A stretch of 64,000 nt of DNA from Eledone cirrhosa (lineage: Eukaryota), in contig OZ024761.1 in assembly GCA_964016885.1 (NCBI GenBank), positions 21,948,001-22,012,000 on the forward strand, in the 5' to 3' direction. Position 1 is the first letter of the stretch. Each line of letters begins with the position of its first letter. Below, in pieces: positions 57,190 to 64,000 of the stretch. The notes below the pieces were generated by a model. It did not search any database, had not been told where the DNA came from, and saw nothing but the letters and a program-made list of their open reading frames with translations. Position numbers and translations under genes: made by a program.

Positions 57190-57647
57190 GGGGTCGGTGT
57201 GTATGGGGTGGTGTATATAGCAGGGCGAGTGTGTATGGGGTGGTGTATATAGCAGGGTGAGTGTGTATGGGGTGGTGTATATAACAGGGCTGGTGTGTAT
57301 GGGGTGGTGTATACAGCAGGGTGAGGGTGTATACAGTAGGGTGAGTGTGAATGGGGTGGTGTATACAGCAGGGTCGGTGTGTATGGGGTGGTGTATACAG
57401 CAGGGTGAGGGTGTATACAGTAGGGTGAGTGTATGGGGTGGTGTATACAGCAGGGTGAGGGTGTATACAGTAGGGTGAGTGTATGGGGTGGTGTATACAG
57501 CAGGGTGAGGGTGTATACAGTAGGGTGAGTGTATGGGGTGGTGTATACAGCAGGGTGAGGGTGTATACAGTAGGGTGAGTGTATGGGGTGGTGTATACAG
57601 CAGGGTGAGGGTGTATACAGTAGGGTGAGTGTATGGGGTGGTGTATA
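57190..57647 (+). repeat. 50-bp G-rich minisatellite
   Basis: tagggtgagt recurs every 50 bp from 57421 to 57621. Confidence 0.9.
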
Positions 57648-58081
57648 TATATAATTAAATAATACAATTGCGTATTGCCATATTTAGTTTGAATAAAATC
57701 TAAACTTACAACAGACACACATACATACATAGACACACACACACAGACATAGACACACACACAGACAGACACACACACACACAGACATAGACACACACAC
57801 ACAGACATAGACACACACACAGACATAGACACACACACACAGACATAGACACACACACACAGACATACACTCTTATTAGTTCCAGTCAGTAGTCCATGGT
57901 AGTCCATCATTTAGTCTCTCATATCGACCTCACTATTTACTTTTACGAGTCTTGTACACATATTTTATTGATTTCTAATTATTGAACTGCTAAGTTATTG
58001 TCTTTAAATACACACACACATACCCCCCCCCCCCCCCACACACACAGGTGTATGGTTTGTGGTTGTATTATCATAGTGTCA

Positions 58082-58386
58082 TGTGATATCATGTGGTTTT
58101 TCTTACAACTGTACCTTTGCATGGGGTGTGATATCATGTGGTATTTCTTACAACTGTACCTTTGCATGGGGTGTGATATCATGTGGTATTTCTTACAACT
58201 GTACCTTGGCATGGGGTGTGATATCATGTGGTATTTCTTACAACTGTACCTTGGCATGGGGTGTGATATCATGTGGTATTTCTTACAACTGTACCTTGGC
58301 ATGGGGTGTGATATCATGTGGTATTTCTTACAACTGTACCTTGGCATGGGGTGTGATATCATGTGGTATTTCTTACAACTGTACCT
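58082..58386 (+). repeat. 45-bp minisatellite (~7 units)
   Basis: Unit gtgatatcatgtggtatttcttacaactgtaccttggcatggggt. Confidence 0.92.
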
Positions 58387-58860
58387 AATGATTGTCACCA
58401 CATGTATGTGGATGCACAAATATACACACACAGTTAACTTGAATTCACCTCTGTGTGTGTGTGTGTGTGTGTTTAATATATACATACATTCACATGTATG
58501 CCTACACATACACCTGTCTAACCCGCCACCCTTTGTCACATGATACATTGGTCAGCTCATACAAGTACACTTTAACACTTCCAGCATCAGTATCATCATT
58601 GCCAAGGTCTGATGTACATCAGACCTTCATACCCTTAGTTTTGTGTAACACACACACACGGGCATGTTAACTCAATATTTAATGATTATCTCCCTTTTTA
58701 AAACTCTTATATATCTAAGATACATTCTGACCTGTACCCCCCCCCCAAAAAAAATGGCTGGCTAAACACACGTGCTTTCCTCCCATAAAATAATTCATTT
58801 TTCTCTTTCTTCCTCTTCTTACTTTCGTCCCTCTTTCTATTTCTTCTGTCTCCCATTCAA

Positions 58861-58896
58861 TCTTCTGATGAAGGACCAATGTCTGAAACATAAAAA
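58861..58896 (+). ncRNA. Decayed Penelope-type minimal hammerhead
   Basis: tctt-CTGATGA-a-ggac-caat-gtct-GAAA-CA-TA-aaaa after a pyrimidine-rich tract; consistent with CpG decay of GAAACGTA. Confidence 0.45.
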
Positions 58897-59699
58897 CATC
58901 AGTCATCATTGTACAATATCATTCTCTTGAGTTATACATACATATAGATATATACATATATATATATATATATGTATGTATATATATATATATATATGTA
59001 TATATATGTATGTATGTATGTATATATATACATACACACATACATACATACATACATAGTGGCTGCTAACTCGTTTTCGAGTACGGCCACTACTTTATAT
59101 CCATGTAGGAGAACCCCTACCGATGCGCTGAACGAGTGTGACTTTTTAGTCCAGCCAGCGACTTGAAAACTCTGGTACAAACACTACACTTGTGACAATT
59201 ATTGACACATAGTGCTGGGCCCATGGTACCATGTGACGACAAGTGCAGAGAGATCTCCAGATAGAAAGCAATGCCTGTGCCGTGAAGCTTTTATAGTGAG
59301 CAAAGGCACTGCACAAAGCCAGTCCCACTCTCTTAACCAAGATGATATTTACCAAAAAGAAGAACAAGTCAACATCATTGGATACCATCAGGGTTCATCA
59401 TCATCATCATCATCACCGTTTTACGTCCGTTCTTCCACGCTAGCATGGGTTAGACGGGTTGTCCTGTTGTGGGCAGTGTCTGGTCGGCTGACCATGCCTT
59501 GCTCATACAGGAACTGATCTGGCTTGATTTCTACAGCTGGATGCCCTTCCTAACACCAACCTCATTTACAGTGAGTGCTGGGTGCTTTTTCGTGGCGCCT
59601 ACACGTCCACTTTACAGTGTGGGCTGGGTGCTTTTTTGCCGTGGCACCTCCACGACCACCTTGCGGTGGGGGGGGGGGGGGGCATATTGTTTATATGCT

Positions 59700-60265
59700 T
59701 CAGCATGTACCCATGGGAGGTCGGGTACCCTGTATTACTGCGTGACGCCAGAAGTCACGGTCGTGTGTCATTGACTTTGAGAGGTGTAGTTGGGTAAGGT
59801 CGGCTTTTATCACCTCATCCCAAGTCATCTTGGGTCTCCCCACTCCGCGGTTTCCATTAACTTCTAGTGCTCTGCACCTTTTTATGCAGCTGTCATCCTT
59901 CATACGCATCACATGTCCATACCAGCGTAACCGCCTCTCCTGCACGCAGCATTTGATTCCTCTTATGCTCAGTCTCTCTCTCAATTCCTTTATGCTTTGT
60001 CGTTCGCGTATATTACTGTTACACATCCATCGGAGCATGCAGGCTTCGTTTCTCTCTAATCTACGTAAGTCTTCCACCTTCAGCGCGCAGGTCTCACTAC
60101 CATGTAACATTGCTGTTTGGATACACGCATCATACAGTCTGCCTTTCATTCTGAGGGAGAAGCCTTTTGCAGCTAGCAGTGGTAGTAGTTCCCTAAACTT
60201 CTTCCATCCCGTTCTTACCCTAGTTATTGTACTTTCTGAGCACCCACCTCCGTTGCTAATTCGGT
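59700..60265 (-). mobile_element. RTE-clade LINE 3' fragment (C-terminal part of ORF)
   Basis: Open frame ...RVRTGWKKFRELLPLL...KGRLYDACIQTAMLHGSET...LERNEACMLRWMC...RRLRWYGHVMRM...RGVGRPKMTW; typical RTE C-terminal motifs. Confidence 0.9.
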
Positions 60266-60774
60266 TGCAGGTGTTATATCAGAGTTTCCCTTCTCCTAGA
60301 ATTCTGCCTTGACAAAGGCTAAGGGGTCATCTCTCCCGGATACATACATACATACATATAATACATACATACACACATACACACATACACACACATTCAT
60401 ACAATCATACATACATACATATATACATGTATACATACACATACATACAATTATACATACACATACACACAATTATACATACACATACACACAATTATAC
60501 ACACATACATACCCACATACATACCCACACAATCATTATAAGCAGCAGCGTGTTGCACCTGCTTTCTAAACTAGCATGGGTTGAACAGGTTGACATGGTC
60601 CGAGACCAGAGGGGTCAAATTAACCTTATCTTGTTCACGTATTTCATATTTGGCATGGAACGGATTTTACAGCTGGATCCCCTTCTTAATACCAACCACT
60701 TTACAGCATTGACTAGGTCTACTTTTTCATCACACACACACATAACCACTGATAATTATTGATTATTTTCATTA

Positions 60775-61651
60775 TCAACCCTTTAACATTTACATTACTC
60801 TATATATACTATTGTATTTTCACAGTAAAGGCTTTACCTCACATAATATCTCACATAACATTTACATTGCTCTATATATACTATTGTATTGTCACAGTAA
60901 AGGCTTTACCTCACATAATATCTCACATAACATTTACATTACTCTATATATACTATTGTATTTTCACAGTAAAGGCTTTACCTCACATAATATCTCACAT
61001 AACATTTACATTACTCTATATATACTATTGTATTGTCACAGTAAAGGCATTACCTCACATAATATCTCACATAACATTTACATTACTCTATATATACTAT
61101 TGTATTGTCACAGTAAAGGCATTACCTCACATAATATCTCACATAACATTTACATTACTCTATATATACTATTGTATTGTCACAGTAAAGGCATTACCTC
61201 ACATAATATCTCACATAACATTTACATTACTCTATATATACTATTGTATTTTCACAGTAAAGGCTTTACCTCACATAATATCTCACATAACATTTACATT
61301 ACTCTATATATACTATTGTATTTTCACAGTAAAGGCTTTACCTCACATAATATCTCACATAACATTTACATTACTCTATATATACTATTGTATTTTCATG
61401 GTAAAGGCTTTACCTCACATAATATCTCACATAACATTTACATTGCTCTATATATACTATTGTATTTTCATGGTAAAGGCTTTACCTTACATAATTACCT
61501 GACATAATATCGAATCTATGAGATTTTGATACTATTTATTTTGAGCACAATACCTTAACATCAGTTTGAGAGGCCAGTTACAGCCAGTTTGAACAGAAAG
61601 AGGTGAGAGAATTCTGGCCGGATATGTCTCGTTTGAATGTTAAAGGGTTAA
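60775..61651 (+). mobile_element. piggyBac-like MITE, same family, 72-bp unit amplified ~10 times
   Basis: tcaa|ccctttaacattta ... tgaatgttaaaggg|ttaa; same tandem unit and 3' body as 9136-9892. Confidence 0.78.
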
Positions 61652-62820
61652 AGCATAAAAATAATATGTTTTTGTTAGAAATATGGTAACAAAACATTCA
61701 ACTGAGTTGTTACCATATTTCTTACAAAAGACATTGTCATTTGCGTTTGCCATTAATAATGAAAAGAATGAAGAATTTCGGGGGTGTTAGTAATATAAAC
61801 AACTTTCTTGTTATGAAGATGGTGATGGAAGGTTTTTAGATAAACATAAATACTTTAAAAATAGGTGGTGAGTCGGCAGAGTCATTAGAATGTCAGATAG
61901 AATGCTTTGTGCTATTTGTATTGGCTCTCTGAGTTCAAATCACACAGGTCAACCATTGCCTTTCATCCATTTGAGGTCAATAAGAAAGTAGCATTTCTTC
62001 CTCTATCACTCTATCTCCTCTGTTACCCCCTCTCCTTTGTTACTCCACCTGTCTCTCTCCTCTATTTACCCCCTCTCCTTTGTTACTCCACCTGTCTCTC
62101 TCTCTCTCCTTTGTTACTCCACCTGTCTCTTTCTCTCTCTCTCCTCTGTTACCCCACCTGTCTCTCTCTCTCTCTCTGTTACTCCACCTGTCTCTCTCTC
62201 TCTCACACACATACACAGATGGGTTCTACCAGATGGGTTATGAGTGCCCACGATATGCCACCATATGTCATAAAGGGGGTTACTGCGACTCCCATTACAA
62301 ACAGTATTGTAAAATGAAATAGGGGCTGTTTTCTGGTGCACTGCTATATGAAAAAGGGTTAAAACAATAACATTGTATCTAAGCTAATAGCATGAGAGAC
62401 TGCTGCTGCTATAGCTGCCGTTGTGTTGGCCTGGAATTATTCCTGCCATAAATAGCTACTACAACACTTGCAACAGGACCAATCCATTTTTGATATATCA
62501 TCAGCTCTCTCTCCACCCCCTCCATGCCCCTCTCTCTCTCTCTCCACCTCCTCCATCCCTCTCTCTCTCTCTCCACCTCCTCCATCCCTCTCTCTACCAA
62601 TTCACTGAAAGGAAAACTGGAGTTATTGTCCATTTTTCTCCACTTCGTATGGCTTCATCTTACCTTATTGATCGATAGCTTCACTTCAATGAGATATGCA
62701 TGCACTCACACACAGGTGTATACATGTGTGTGTGTGTCTCTTTTTGCACCATGCTCTATATGTATGTTTGTGTGGTGTATACATCATATATCGATATATA
62801 TGTGTTTGTATATGCACCAC

Positions 62821-62863
<43 letters not shown>

Positions 62864-63277
62864 ATATATATATATATATATAAGCAAATGGAAAAGCTAA
62901 GGCAGCAGATGGAGGGATGGTTGGGTTCTTAACATCTATAAATCCTTAATGTTTAAAAAATTTGTAGAGAGAGCACTTGGAAGTAGCTGTATATGGATTA
63001 TTTTCCAAGCTAATGCTATGTATTTTTACATGTTGGTGAGAGGAGAATGGAGGTGAGGGAGAGACAGAGAGAGGAAGGGAGAGAGAGAAAGGGAGCTTGC
63101 AGAAGTGTTAGTGTCAGAATGTAATGTGTATATGTGTGTATAGGGTTGGATATGCAGGCACACACACACAGACATACACACACATATGTTCCTTAGAAAG
63201 CTGCTTTGTGTGCAGTGTCTTTATTGTATTCTATATAATTGAATTATTTCAAAAGCTGAAGAATTTTGTTAACTTAG

Positions 63278-63830
63278 TGATACAGGTGTGACTGTGTCTT
63301 GGAGATGATAGCGGTGTGACTGTGTCTTGGAGATGACACAGGTGTGACTGTCTTGGAGATGATACAGGTGTGACTGTCTTGGAGATGATACAGGTGTGGC
63401 TGTGTCTTGAAGATGACACAGGTATGACTGCGTCTTGGAGATGATACAGGTGTGACTGTGTCTTGGAGATGACACAGGTGTGACTGTCTTGGAGATGATA
63501 CAGGTGTGACTGTCTTGGAGATGACACAGGTGTGACTGTGTCTTGGAGATGATACAGGTGTGACTGTCTTGGAGATGACACAGGTGTGACTGTGTCTTGG
63601 AGATGATACAGGTGTGACTGTGTCTTGGAGATGACACAGGTGTGACTGTGTCTTACAGATGATACAGGTGTGACTGCCTTGGAGATGACACAGGTGTGAC
63701 TGTGTCTTACAGATGATACAGGTGTGACTGTGTCTTACAGATGATACAGGTGTGACTGTGTCTTACAGATGATACAGGTGTGACTGTGTCTTACAGATGA
63801 TACAGGTGTGACTGTGTCTTACAGATGATA
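63278..63830 (+). repeat. 26-28-bp minisatellite
   Basis: Unit gatgatacaggtgtgactgtgtcttgga, switching to ...cttaca in the 3' part. Confidence 0.92.
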
Positions 63831-64000
63831 GCTATACACACACAGCATCCTGGGTTCAAATCCACTTCATATCTTCAGTATGGGTCTTTAGCTTTGGGTC
63901 AGTTCCACCTGTTGTTGTTGCTCTTGATCCTGTTGATACTGTTAATGATGGTGTTGGTGTTGTTACTACTGTTGGTGTTGTTACTACTGTTGGTGTTGTT

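Noticed and set aside
51144-64000. Next MED13 exon (expected CL...FxRxGKWFVxP)
   Set aside because: Not found by eye; probably beyond the window.

Overview
AT-rich eukaryotic genomic DNA dense in microsatellites and SINEs; the repeat families look octopus/cephalopod-like (inferred, not proven). The only supportable host coding sequence is two + strand exons of Mediator kinase-module subunit MED13/MED13L (6691-6940 and 51041-51143). They splice in frame across a 44.1-kb intron; the first coding exon and later exons were not found in the window. The rest is intronic: tRNA-derived SINEs, RTE and R4/Dong LINE fragments, TTAA-flanked piggyBac-like MITEs, a mariner-like MITE and many minisatellites, several seeded from TE segments. 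The most interesting signal is a set of short non-coding modules in the large intron, mostly embedded in (TA)n tracts. They comprise minimal hammerhead ribozyme motifs (an apparently intact one on the - strand at 33946-34012 plus disabled relatives), a three-copy family of ~90-110-nt foldback hairpins with compensatory changes whose arms each resemble a hammerhead 3' half, other near-perfect foldbacks, and a shared RAGTACTCRATAC box. Together they suggest a Penelope-pLTR/retrozyme-like non-autonomous system. All calls were read by eye, and repeat boundaries are approximate.
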